Shown here: positions 1 to 7,604 of the stretch, piece by piece
How positions within the stretch are numbered: the first letter of the stretch is position 1
How the letters are laid out: every line of letters starts with the position of its first letter
NCBI GenBank assembly: GCA_012516165.1
Contig: JAAYWY010000009.1
Location: 1 to 36,759, forward strand
Direction: 5' to 3'
DNA: 36,759 nucleotides
From: Bacillota bacterium
GTDB taxonomy: Bacteria > Bacillota > DTU030 > DUMP01
Translations under genes and position numbers: made by a program
Notes under the pieces: generated by a model
Told to the model about the DNA's origin: nothing
Databases searched by the model: none
Seen by the model: only the letters and a program-made list of their open reading frames with translations

Positions 1-179
1 CTGGATTTTGTAGTACCGGTATGTCTGCTACAACTGCCAATGGTAAAGACCGAAAAAACAGCGTGGGTATTATTGCTCTGGCAATGGCTACAAGGAGGGT
101 GATCGGGCTTGTCCTGACAGCTTGCATGGACTTCAAAAAATGTACCGCAATCACGACAACGGTATTCGTAATCTGGCAT
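1..179 (-). CDS. FmdB-family zinc-ribbon protein (N-terminal part; the gene runs off the window edge)
   Basis: Not in the ORF track because under 60 aa lie in the window. ATG at 179-177 with AAGGAGG at 190-196, 10 nt upstream. Hand translation: MPDYEYRCRDCGTFFEVHASCQDKPDHPPCSHCQSNNTHAVFSVFTIGSCSRHTGTTKS... This is the MP.YEYRC..CG..FE / CP.C pattern typical of the FmdB CxxC_CxxC family. Confidence 0.65.
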   Translation of the reverse strand, partial: MPDYEYRCRDCGTFFEVHASCQDKPDHPPCSHCQSNNTHAVFSVFTIGSCSRHTGTTKS

Positions 180-228
180 GGATAGTGTGCCTCCTTGTGT
201 TATCCTAGATTAGAACCCTTTGATACAG

Positions 229-257
229 ATTATACTAGGGGGAAACAGCGGCGTCAA
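229..257 (-). promoter_or_regulatory. Sigma-A-type promoter for the zinc-ribbon gene
   Basis: Minus strand reads TTGACG (257-252), a 17-nt spacer, then TATAAT (234-229). It lies about 50 nt upstream of the ATG at 179, just after the activase stop codon. Confidence 0.55.
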
Positions 258-275
258 GGAAGGCTTCTTTCCTTC

Positions 276-1250
276 CTAGGTAATACTGCCTAACATACTT
301 TCCCAACGACCACAACGGTCGCCCCAGCGGGCGATTACCTTACCCTCCATGCTTATACTAATAACCTCACATTGGTTTGGGCAGCCTTGACAGTCAAAAC
401 TGGACGCCTCATAGTCTAATTTTGCTGCTTGAAATCCACGGAATTTAGATGGTCCATTATTGTCAACGGCCATTTTCTCGCTGGCCAACAAAGCTGCTCC
501 CCACGCTCCCATCACTCCGTAATACTCAGGTACATAAACTTGTGTTTTTAGGGCTTTTTCAAACGCAGTTTTGATACCAGTATTAGCGGCCACTCCCCCT
601 TGGAATACCACTGGCGGTAAAATATCTTTACCTCGAGCCACGTTGTTAAGATAGTTTCTCACCAATGCCTCACATAGCCCCGCGATAATATCTTCTAGAC
701 TATGGCCCAGTTGTTGCTTGTGCACCATATCAGATTCAGCAAATACTGTACAGCGCCCGGCGATTCTTACCGGGTTTTTAGCTTTAAGAGCATAGTTACC
801 GAATTCTTCTATAGGTACATTTAGACGCTGAGCTTGATGATCCAGAAATGATCCTGTTCCTGCAGCACAAACAGTATTCATGGCAAAATCAGTTACTACA
901 CCGTCTCGCAAGATGATGATCTTGGAGTCTTGACCACCTATTTCGAGTACCGTTTGAACATCAGGAACTAACCGCGAAGCAGCAACTGCATGGGCGGTAA
1001 TTTCATTTTTCACTAGATCTGCACCTACAATAGCACCAGCTAAAGTACGCCCACTACCAGTAGCCCCGGCTCCGCAAACTTCAAAGTCGTGGGGCAATTC
1101 CTGTTGTAACATAGCTAATCCTTCTTGTATAGCTGCTATGGGTTGTCCCTGGGTACGAATGTAAAGGCTGGTAATAATTGTTCCGTGCTCGTCGGTAGCT
1201 AACAAATTGGTGCTTACCGAACCAACATCACCCCCTAAATATCCACGCAC
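276..1250 (-). CDS. BcrAD/BadFG/HgdC-type ATPase (acyl-CoA dehydratase/reductase activase family) with a Cys-rich C-terminal extension
   Basis: Acetate/sugar-kinase-fold motifs GGDVGSVSTN, EIGGQDSK and GGVAAN. The two cluster-ligand contexts of HgdC-like activators, CAAGTGSFLD and CTVFAESD, are both present. GTG start has AGAGGGG 8 nt upstream. Confidence 0.85.
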   Translation of the reverse strand: MRGYLGGDVGSVSTNLLATDEHGTIITSLYIRTQGQPIAAIQEGLAMLQQELPHDFEVCGAGATGSGRTLAGAIVGADLVKNEITAHAVAASRLVPDVQTVLEIGGQDSKIIILRDGVVTDFAMNTVCAAGTGSFLDHQAQRLNVPIEEFGNYALKAKNPVRIAGRCTVFAESDMVHKQQLGHSLEDIIAGLCEALVRNYLNNVARGKDILPPVVFQGGVAANTGIKTAFEKALKTQVYVPEYYGVMGAWGAALLASEKMAVDNNGPSKFRGFQAAKLDYEASSFDCQGCPNQCEVISISMEGKVIARWGDRCGRWESMLGSIT

Positions 1251-2335
1251 GCCAACTGCCCCTCTTTCTTGTTCCGTCGTTGACTAAGCAAATCTACAAA
1301 AGCCTCTAATCGGGTACGGATGCCACCTTCACCCGTTTGTTCGTCTAAAAACAAAGTCATGACTGGTATATTAAGCTTGCGGCTGACATAAGGCAGGATA
1401 CTCTTGGCAACAATCTCAGGTATACAAGCGAAAGGAGCTAGCTGGATAACTCCATCAAACCCCCGGCGAGCATACAGGACTGTTTCGCCAATACTATTTC
1501 GTCCATGCCCACCTACCAGCTCGCTTAAAAACGGTTCGGCTGCTTTCTTAACATCATATTCTCGGTTTCCAAGAGCATTGTTTTGAGTCCATTCTGCTAA
1601 ATAAATAGAACGATCTACTAACACGCCCATTTCCTCTAATTTTACTTGAACATCATGGTTCGCAAATGGTTCTAAGACAACATATATCTCACCGATAAGT
1701 CCCACTTTAAGGGGCTTACGGGAACGATCTTGAGCTATATTAGCCAGCTTTTGCAGACTACTTTGTGTAGCTTGTTCGATCTCAACTCGGGAGTGGGCAT
1801 TGTCTAATTCTTCCATACACTGACGGAAGACCACAGTGGTTTCTCCCTTATTCAATTCATAAGGTCGAATATCATGGGATGCTTTCTCGACCTGGTCAAT
1901 AGCTTTAAGTTTTAACCAACCTCGCCAAAATATATCTGGGAGTTTCCATAAAGGGGCTTTTCTTTCATTGAATAGTAATTTGAGAGCATGGAGAAAATCA
2001 GCTGGACGTCTAAGCGGTGGTTCAATAATTATGACTTTTACATTATAACCCAGATCAGCTAAAATGCGTTGATGAAGCTCTCCATAGTAACCAGCTCGAC
2101 AAGGGCCAACACCACCGGTGCTAATAATGGTATCTGCTCCTAAACTAATGGCTTCCAAATAGCTTCCCAATAGGATCTTAAATGGTATGCAGGCGAACTC
2201 AGGAGCGTATTTTGTACCCAAATCCAAAGTCCGTTTACTGGGAACAGGTGGTACAACCACATCATAACCTAGTTCACCTAGAATCTGCTTCAATACGAGC
2301 GGAGAATTACCCATGTAAGGGAAGGTTATGCGCAT
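1235..2335 (-). CDS. Acyl-CoA dehydratase activase-related protein (DUF2229-type), paralogue 2
   Basis: ORF track gives 1235..2392. I place the start at ATG 2335 (MRITFPYMGN...) because AAGGAGGA (2342-2349) lies 6 nt upstream. It is paralogous to the upstream ORF: ELGYDVVVPP, FACIPFK, PFACIPE and LFLDEQTGEGGIRTRLEAFVDLL. Confidence 0.7.
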   Translation of the reverse strand: MRITFPYMGNSPLVLKQILGELGYDVVVPPVPSKRTLDLGTKYAPEFACIPFKILLGSYLEAISLGADTIISTGGVGPCRAGYYGELHQRILADLGYNVKVIIIEPPLRRPADFLHALKLLFNERKAPLWKLPDIFWRGWLKLKAIDQVEKASHDIRPYELNKGETTVVFRQCMEELDNAHSRVEIEQATQSSLQKLANIAQDRSRKPLKVGLIGEIYVVLEPFANHDVQVKLEEMGVLVDRSIYLAEWTQNNALGNREYDVKKAAEPFLSELVGGHGRNSIGETVLYARRGFDGVIQLAPFACIPEIVAKSILPYVSRKLNIPVMTLFLDEQTGEGGIRTRLEAFVDLLSQRRNKKEGQLACVDI

Positions 2336-3311
2336 ACCGGATCCTCCTTTGCAGCATATCAACAAAAGCTTCGATTCGGGTGTTGATGCCAATTTGACCT
2401 GTTTGCTCGTCTAAGGTCAACGTAAGTAATGGTTTGTTTTGTTGTTTACAGGCCAGCTCTAACATTTTTCCGACCATGGCATCAGGACCACAAGCAAAGT
2501 TGGTAATATGAATAAGACCTGATACACTTTGGTTTAACCAAAAGACACCAGCCTGGATTACCATATTACTGTAATGCCAAAACAAATCCTTGGATAGTCG
2601 GTGCAAACGTCGTTTTTTAAATGGGATCATGTCAGCTGTTACTATGCTAACTCCAAGGTGTGATAGTTTCTTAAGCACGTCACCATTTATGAAACTGTCA
2701 TAGACGGCATAAGGATAACCTAAGACAGCTATTTTTAGTTCTGATGTAATAGACGATAATGATTTTTTTGCTTCTGTATATTTGGATTCAGCAAAAGTGG
2801 GCCAAGCTTGATCTATAGACAGGCCGTTAGCTAGCTGGGCTTCGTACTGTGATTGTGCTGTGTATGCTTTTTCGAAAGGCCCCCAAACACTTTTTTTGGG
2901 TGCCCATTGACGCTGCAGATCAGTACATAATTTAAACAATTGCAACCGCCCACGGACATCTATACGAGGTGAAACCATGGCTGGCATGGTTGAAAATGAA
3001 CAGTTTATCATTTCTGGTAGAGCTAAAAACTTAGGACAAAAAGTATCATTTGTACCCACATTTACCATACGAGGCACAAATAAGACATCTACAACTGCCT
3101 GATTTATCAAATAGGAAACGTGACCGTGGAAAATCTTGACAGGAACGCAAAGATCAGTAGCTGAGTGAGCTATGCCTTGATCCAGGATGTCTTTGTTAGT
3201 TAGTGGAGATACAATTACTTCATATCCCAGTTCTGACCAAAAGGTTTGCCAGAAGGGCAAATACGAATAGAAAAATAATGATCGTGGAATACCAATACGC
3301 ATGGTACTCAT
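2307..3311 (-). CDS. Acyl-CoA dehydratase activase-related protein (DUF2229-type), paralogue 1
   Basis: ORF track start 3317 is a GTG only 3 nt from GGAGG (3321-3325). ATG 3311 has 9-nt spacing. The N-terminus MRIGIPRSLFFYSYLPFWQTFWSELGYEV and the C-terminus LTLDEQTGQIGINTRIEAFVDML are typical of this family. Confidence 0.7.
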   Translation of the reverse strand: MSTMRIGIPRSLFFYSYLPFWQTFWSELGYEVIVSPLTNKDILDQGIAHSATDLCVPVKIFHGHVSYLINQAVVDVLFVPRMVNVGTNDTFCPKFLALPEMINCSFSTMPAMVSPRIDVRGRLQLFKLCTDLQRQWAPKKSVWGPFEKAYTAQSQYEAQLANGLSIDQAWPTFAESKYTEAKKSLSSITSELKIAVLGYPYAVYDSFINGDVLKKLSHLGVSIVTADMIPFKKRRLHRLSKDLFWHYSNMVIQAGVFWLNQSVSGLIHITNFACGPDAMVGKMLELACKQQNKPLLTLTLDEQTGQIGINTRIEAFVDMLQRRIRYAHNLPLHG

Positions 3312-3398
3312 TCCCACACCCCTCCCCCACCTAACACTAGATTAGTAATTAGTAAAATGTAGATTAATGTGAACCTACCACATTGGTTTGCGAGACTT

Positions 3399-4676
3399 CT
3401 AGAGGAAGCCTTCGTTAATAAATGCTTGTGCAGCTAACATAGCAGCAAATTCCACCTGATAGCGATTTAACCCTCCTTGTAGGAATACTGTAAATGGTTG
3501 ACACATAGGAGCATCAGCTGATAACTCTATGGATGAACCCTGAATAAAGGTACCTGCTGCCATGATAACAGGGATGTCGTAGCCGGGCATAGGAGCGGCT
3601 TCTGGTAGAACATATGAGTCAACGGGTGATGCCATTTGTATTGCTTGACAAAAGACGCGAATTTTCGCAGCATCCCCTAAACAGATAGCTTGGACCAAAT
3701 CATGGCGTGGTGCAGTTGGTTTAGGAAAGACGGTAAAACCAAGAAGTTCAAATAACCGGGCAGCGAAAATAGCACCGTGCAAAGCTTCACCGACTATCAA
3801 GGGGGACATGTATAATCCTTGATAAAATAGCCGATTGAGCCCTAAAGTGGGTCCGCATTCAATACCAAGCTCAGGAGCAATTAAGCGGCTGGCAGCAAGT
3901 TTTACTAATTCTTTTTTACCTACAACATATCCGCCACATGGTGCTAGCCCACCACCAGGATTTTTAATAAGGGACCCAGCTGTCAGATCAGCTCCTACTG
4001 CTGGTGGTTCTTCGTATTCTACAAATTCACCATAGCAATTATCAACAATAACTACTATTGATTCATTAACTGACTTTATCAGCTGGATTAATTGTTTGAT
4101 TTCGTTTATTGACAGCGACGGTCGCAGGCTGTAACCTCGTGAACGTTGTATCAGTACAGCTCGTGTACGGGGACTAATAGACGCTTTTATTGCTGGTATA
4201 TTCAGCGTTGTATTTTCTGCCCAAGGGACTTCTTTGTAAATAATGCCATAATCAATAAGAAAACCAGCACGTTTTTTGCTGTTCCCTGAAATAATACCAG
4301 CTAGTGTGTTGTAAGGACGACCGGTTACTGCCACTAATTCGTCGCCTGGAAAAAGCGTCCCATATAAACATAAGGCCAGAGCATGGGTACCAGAAACAAT
4401 TTGTGGCCTAACCAACGCAGCTTCAGCACCGAAGGTAGTGGCAAATAATTGTTCCAGTTTATTGCGGCCTTCATCATCATAACCGTAACCGGTAGTAGTA
4501 GTAAAATCCGTATCACTGATGCGGGTAGTACGATAAGCTTTTAATAAACGCAGTTGATTTGCTTGTACGGTCTCATCTACACGTTCATAGGCAACTTTAA
4601 TATCTTGTTCAGCCTTAATTTCTTGTGTTAAATCTAGGATACGAGGATCAAATTTATCTGGGATCAAATCTTTCAC
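3399..4676 (-). CDS. ynbB: YnbB-like PLP-dependent Cys/Met-metabolism family protein (often annotated as aluminium resistance protein or methionine gamma-lyase family)
   Basis: 425 aa. N-terminal region TTGYGYDDEGR..LE..FA..FGAEAALVRPQIVSGTHA and overall length match the family. GTG start has GGAGGA 5-6 nt upstream. It sits downstream of a spoVK-like gene, as in Bacillus. Confidence 0.75.
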   Translation of the reverse strand: MKDLIPDKFDPRILDLTQEIKAEQDIKVAYERVDETVQANQLRLLKAYRTTRISDTDFTTTTGYGYDDEGRNKLEQLFATTFGAEAALVRPQIVSGTHALALCLYGTLFPGDELVAVTGRPYNTLAGIISGNSKKRAGFLIDYGIIYKEVPWAENTTLNIPAIKASISPRTRAVLIQRSRGYSLRPSLSINEIKQLIQLIKSVNESIVVIVDNCYGEFVEYEEPPAVGADLTAGSLIKNPGGGLAPCGGYVVGKKELVKLAASRLIAPELGIECGPTLGLNRLFYQGLYMSPLIVGEALHGAIFAARLFELLGFTVFPKPTAPRHDLVQAICLGDAAKIRVFCQAIQMASPVDSYVLPEAAPMPGYDIPVIMAAGTFIQGSSIELSADAPMCQPFTVFLQGGLNRYQVEFAAMLAAQAFINEGFL

Positions 4677-4756
4677 CTATGTTCCTCCATTTCTATGGTG
4701 TACAACAAATTTAGCAGTTTAGTCATGGCATGGTATTTAGTCTTTGGCCTGATAAT

Positions 4757-4765
4757 ATTATACCA
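4757..4765 (-). promoter_or_regulatory. Extended -10 promoter element (TGGTATAAT) upstream of the ynbB-like gene
   Basis: Minus strand reads TGG-TATAAT, with TATAAT at 4762-4757 and TG at -15/-14. It lies about 80 nt upstream of the GTG start at 4676. No convincing -35 element. Confidence 0.45.
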
Positions 4766-4805
4766 CATATGGTGTAAGCAGGAGTGCTTTTTGAGTATGG
4801 GCAAG

Positions 4806-5009
4806 TTAGTTCCGGTAAGAAGCATTAGTATCTTGCTGGCAAAGTAAACAGTGGCCAGCCAACAAAGATGCTCGTCTTAGCAAAATGGGTGCTTCCTTAT
4901 GACCCAGCAATATACCTTCTTGCAAACCGTATCTTCGTCCCCAGGCAAAACCGATGCAAAGAAAAAACAAGTCAGAAAGAACAATTAAGCTCCAAGGAAA
5001 AAAGAGCAT
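4806..5009 (-). CDS. Small hypothetical membrane protein (67 aa)
   Basis: ATG at 5009 follows GAGGTGA by 4-5 nt, and the TGA stop of the upstream ORF lies inside that SD. It has an N-terminal hydrophobic helix (FFPWSLIVLSDLFFLCIGFAWG) and a basic tail. I recognise no homology. Confidence 0.45.
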   Translation of the reverse strand: MLFFPWSLIVLSDLFFLCIGFAWGRRYGLQEGILLGHKEAPILLRRASLLAGHCLLCQQDTNASYRN

Positions 5010-5013
5010 AATG

Positions 5014-5610
5014 TCACCTCTTCTTCTTCGCTTTCCACGGATTAGCTGCTACATAAATTACTGACGGTAGAGCCAACCAGGAAAGGAACGTTTTTAGTGG
5101 GGCCAAGAAAAGGGCTGACAAACTGAACATTATTCCTAATAGACAGGCTTCCATTCGCCCCCATCGGTAGGCCAAATTCTTGACGGCCACCTGTTGTCCT
5201 TGCCGTTTTTCATCTAGGACATCATCTAGCAAATGAACACCTGAAACCAGCAACCAAGAGGAGAGCATTTCCCTCCAATCGGTTAAGAGCAGACCCAATA
5301 GCAGCGTACATACTATTTCTATCCATGCTGGAACGCCGGTTGGTAGGAGCCAGTCATTGCTACCTAACATTCCACAAGCATAGCTACTAAGGAAAATGGT
5401 GAAAGTCCACTCAGGAGAAAGCCTAGCTGCTACTGCATACAACAACAGTGCGTAAGCTAAGATTCCTTCACCCATGACATCGGCCAAGCAAAAGCGGTGG
5501 TCGTCACCATCTTCTTCTCGGTCTAAGTAGTCATCGAGTAACTTGATGGCCAATTGAACCAAGCAGAGCGCACCCCAAGCATAACCTATCTTAAAGATGG
5601 TGACGAACAA
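5014..5610 (-). CDS. Hypothetical polytopic membrane protein with an internally duplicated acidic motif
   Basis: TTG start at 5610 lies 9 nt after AAGGAGGT and overlaps the GTPase 3' end by 20 nt. About 6-7 hydrophobic segments. It carries two copies of LLDDxLDxxxxG: KLLDDYLDREEDG and HLLDDVLDEKRQG. Confidence 0.6.
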   Translation of the reverse strand: MFVTIFKIGYAWGALCLVQLAIKLLDDYLDREEDGDDHRFCLADVMGEGILAYALLLYAVAARLSPEWTFTIFLSSYACGMLGSNDWLLPTGVPAWIEIVCTLLLGLLLTDWREMLSSWLLVSGVHLLDDVLDEKRQGQQVAVKNLAYRWGRMEACLLGIMFSLSALFLAPLKTFLSWLALPSVIYVAANPWKAKKKR

Positions 5611-6199
5611 AAGCCTTTACCTCCTTGAATCCTTGTTTGTGCAGAGCAGAAATCGGAATAATCTTATGACCAGGTAATTCCAGGCTAAGTTTACTTAATC
5701 CCCTTTCAGCACCGGGTATATCCATTTTATTGGCTAAGATTACGTAACCACCTCGCATTTGGGCAAATTGGGCTACCTGATAGTCCACTTCGCCTAGAGC
5801 GGAAGGAGCATCGTGAATTCCTACTTGACTGCTATCGACAATATGAATAATAAGATCAGCTTGTCTAATGGCGCTTAGTGTCTGAGCTATGGCCTGGCGG
5901 ATATTTATATCCTGGTGAATATGGTCGATTAGACCGCTAGAATCGGTAATTAAGCAGCGCCGGACTCCTTTAACAGCTGGTATATCTATTACTATGCTTT
6001 GTAATGATTTTGTAGTGTGAAGATCGACCCCTACCAATTGTTGACGAGCGGTATCGATGCTATAATGTTTAGTTTTTATTCGCCCATCTGGATACTCGAT
6101 GGTTATATTGACTTGGCTAAAACCTAAATAAGAAGCAAAATTAAGTACAAAGAGGGTTTTACCAGTGCCAACTTTTCCTACTACCAAGCATTCTTTCAT
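5591..6199 (-). CDS. Stand-alone small GTPase-domain protein (TRAFAC class, family unassigned)
   Basis: G1 GKVGTGKT, G3 DSSG, G4 NKMD and G5 SAL appear in canonical order within 202 aa. The ATG overlaps the upstream stop as ATGA, and AGGGAGGG lies 8 nt upstream. Confidence 0.7.
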   Translation of the reverse strand: MKECLVVGKVGTGKTLFVLNFASYLGFSQVNITIEYPDGRIKTKHYSIDTARQQLVGVDLHTTKSLQSIVIDIPAVKGVRRCLITDSSGLIDHIHQDINIRQAIAQTLSAIRQADLIIHIVDSSQVGIHDAPSALGEVDYQVAQFAQMRGGYVILANKMDIPGAERGLSKLSLELPGHKIIPISALHKQGFKEVKAFVRHHL

Positions 6200-7155
6200 G
6201 CGGCGGACCCTCCCTTTAGATCTACAGGTTCTATTGTCATTAGCTCATTTCTGCTCAAGTGCTGCTTATCGGCTAATCGTACAGCTTGGCGTCGGATAGC
6301 TCTTTCAATTAGATTTCGAACTAAGCGAGCATTGCCGCTATGCTGTAGGTATTGGGTCAAGCGCAGTTGGCGGGAAAGTTCTTCGCGAGCGGCTGTGCTT
6401 AGACAATAATCTCGTTCAGACAAAAATACTTGAGCGATATCCAATAGTTGCTCTAGTGTATAGTCGGGAAAATCAATTTGAATAGGAAAGCGCGATCTTA
6501 ATCCAGGGTTACTCTTAAGAAAGAAATCCATTTCTTCTCTATAACCGGCTAAAATCAGCACCAAATCGTCGCGATGGTCCTCCATTAATTTAACTAAGCA
6601 ATCGATAGATTCCTTGCCGAAATCCTTGTTACCACCTCTAGCCAGAGAATAGGCTTCGTCTACAAACAAAATTCCGCCGAGAGCACGTTTTACTTGTTCT
6701 CTAGTTTTTATTGCGGTATGCCCGATGTATTCTCCCACTAAATCAGCACGTTCTACTTCTATCAAGTGCCCCTTAGAAAGGATTCCTAGACCCTTGAAGA
6801 TACTACCGAGGATACGGGCTACCGTAGTTTTGCCAGAGCCTGGATTTCCTCGAAAAATCATATGTAATACCAAAGGTTCATTAATAAGCCCTGCTCTAGC
6901 CCGACGCTGCTGAATTTCCACCAGGGCTTTGATTTCAAGGACTAGTTGCTTGACATCGTCAAGGCCTACCAAGTTGTTAAGTTGAGATAAAGCTTGTTGT
7001 AGCGTGTCCGACGAATTAGATTCTGTTGCCGTTGTTGGGTCGGTAGTTTGACAAAGAGAAGCTAGGGCAGCTGGGGGTGTTAGTTGACCATTGGTCACCA
7101 ATGAATTAATGCGTTTGATAGTAGAATCTTGTTTTCTCCCTTCGTGCCAAAACAC
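6196..7155 (-). CDS. spoVK: SpoVK/CbbX-type AAA+ ATPase (stage V sporulation protein K-like)
   Basis: Walker A GNPGSGKTTVARILG, Walker B ILFVDEAYSL and second region RSRFP, at a length typical of SpoVK. The ORF-track GTG at 7164 abuts GGAGG (7164-7168). The in-frame GTG at 7155 has 8-nt spacing. Confidence 0.75.
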   Translation of the reverse strand: MFWHEGRKQDSTIKRINSLVTNGQLTPPAALASLCQTTDPTTATESNSSDTLQQALSQLNNLVGLDDVKQLVLEIKALVEIQQRRARAGLINEPLVLHMIFRGNPGSGKTTVARILGSIFKGLGILSKGHLIEVERADLVGEYIGHTAIKTREQVKRALGGILFVDEAYSLARGGNKDFGKESIDCLVKLMEDHRDDLVLILAGYREEMDFFLKSNPGLRSRFPIQIDFPDYTLEQLLDIAQVFLSERDYCLSTAAREELSRQLRLTQYLQHSGNARLVRNLIERAIRRQAVRLADKQHLSRNELMTIEPVDLKGGSAA

Positions 7156-7261
7156 TATCTGCACCTCCGGCTTGCCTTGTCATTATAATATACGCAATTA
7201 AAGCTAAGGGTGTGCTTGCCTCCTGTTATCTTGTAAGACAATAGCTAAATAAAATAGCTAG

Positions 7262-7297
7262 AAAAAAGCCAACCCCCGCTTTTAAGCGGGGGTTGGC
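7262..7297 (-). terminator. Rho-independent terminator downstream of hfq
   Basis: A 12-bp GC-rich stem, GCCAACCCCCGC (7268-7279) pairing with GCGGGGGTTGGC (7286-7297), with a 6-nt loop. It is followed on the minus strand by TTTTTT (7267-7262), 17 nt after the hfq stop. Confidence 0.85.
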
Positions 7298-7313
7298 CCA
7301 GTAAAAACAGATG

Positions 7314-7559
7314 CTAGTCAACGGTAGTGTCAGCAGTTGTGCTGTAATTGACAGGACGGACAGGTGTAACAGTGGAGATAGCGTGTTTATACACTAGCAT
7401 TTGCTTACCTTCAGATTCTAGGACTACGGTGAAATTATCAAATCCGCGGATTAGTCCTCGGATCTGAAAACCGTTAACTAAATATACTGTACAAGGAACA
7501 TTTTCTTTGCGGACTTGGTTCAAAAACGTGTCCTGCAGATTAGCTTGTTGTCTACTCAT
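7314..7559 (-). CDS. hfq: RNA chaperone Hfq
   Basis: 81 aa. Sm1/Sm2 signature: [56 protein letters not shown]. Confidence 0.95.
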   Translation of the reverse strand: MSRQQANLQDTFLNQVRKENVPCTVYLVNGFQIRGLIRGFDNFTVVLESEGKQMLVYKHAISTVTPVRPVNYSTTADTTVD

Positions 7560-7604
7560 TTTATCGCCTCCAGCCTATTTCTTTCTTGTGGGGCTATTTG
7601 ATAC

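Noticed and set aside
5591-6199. The 202-aa GTPase as the HflX (YnbA) orthologue expected between spoVK and ynbB.
   Set aside because: It is about half the length of HflX and lacks the HflX N-terminal domain. Its G1 motif (GKVGTGKT) differs from the HflX type. I kept it as an unassigned GTPase.
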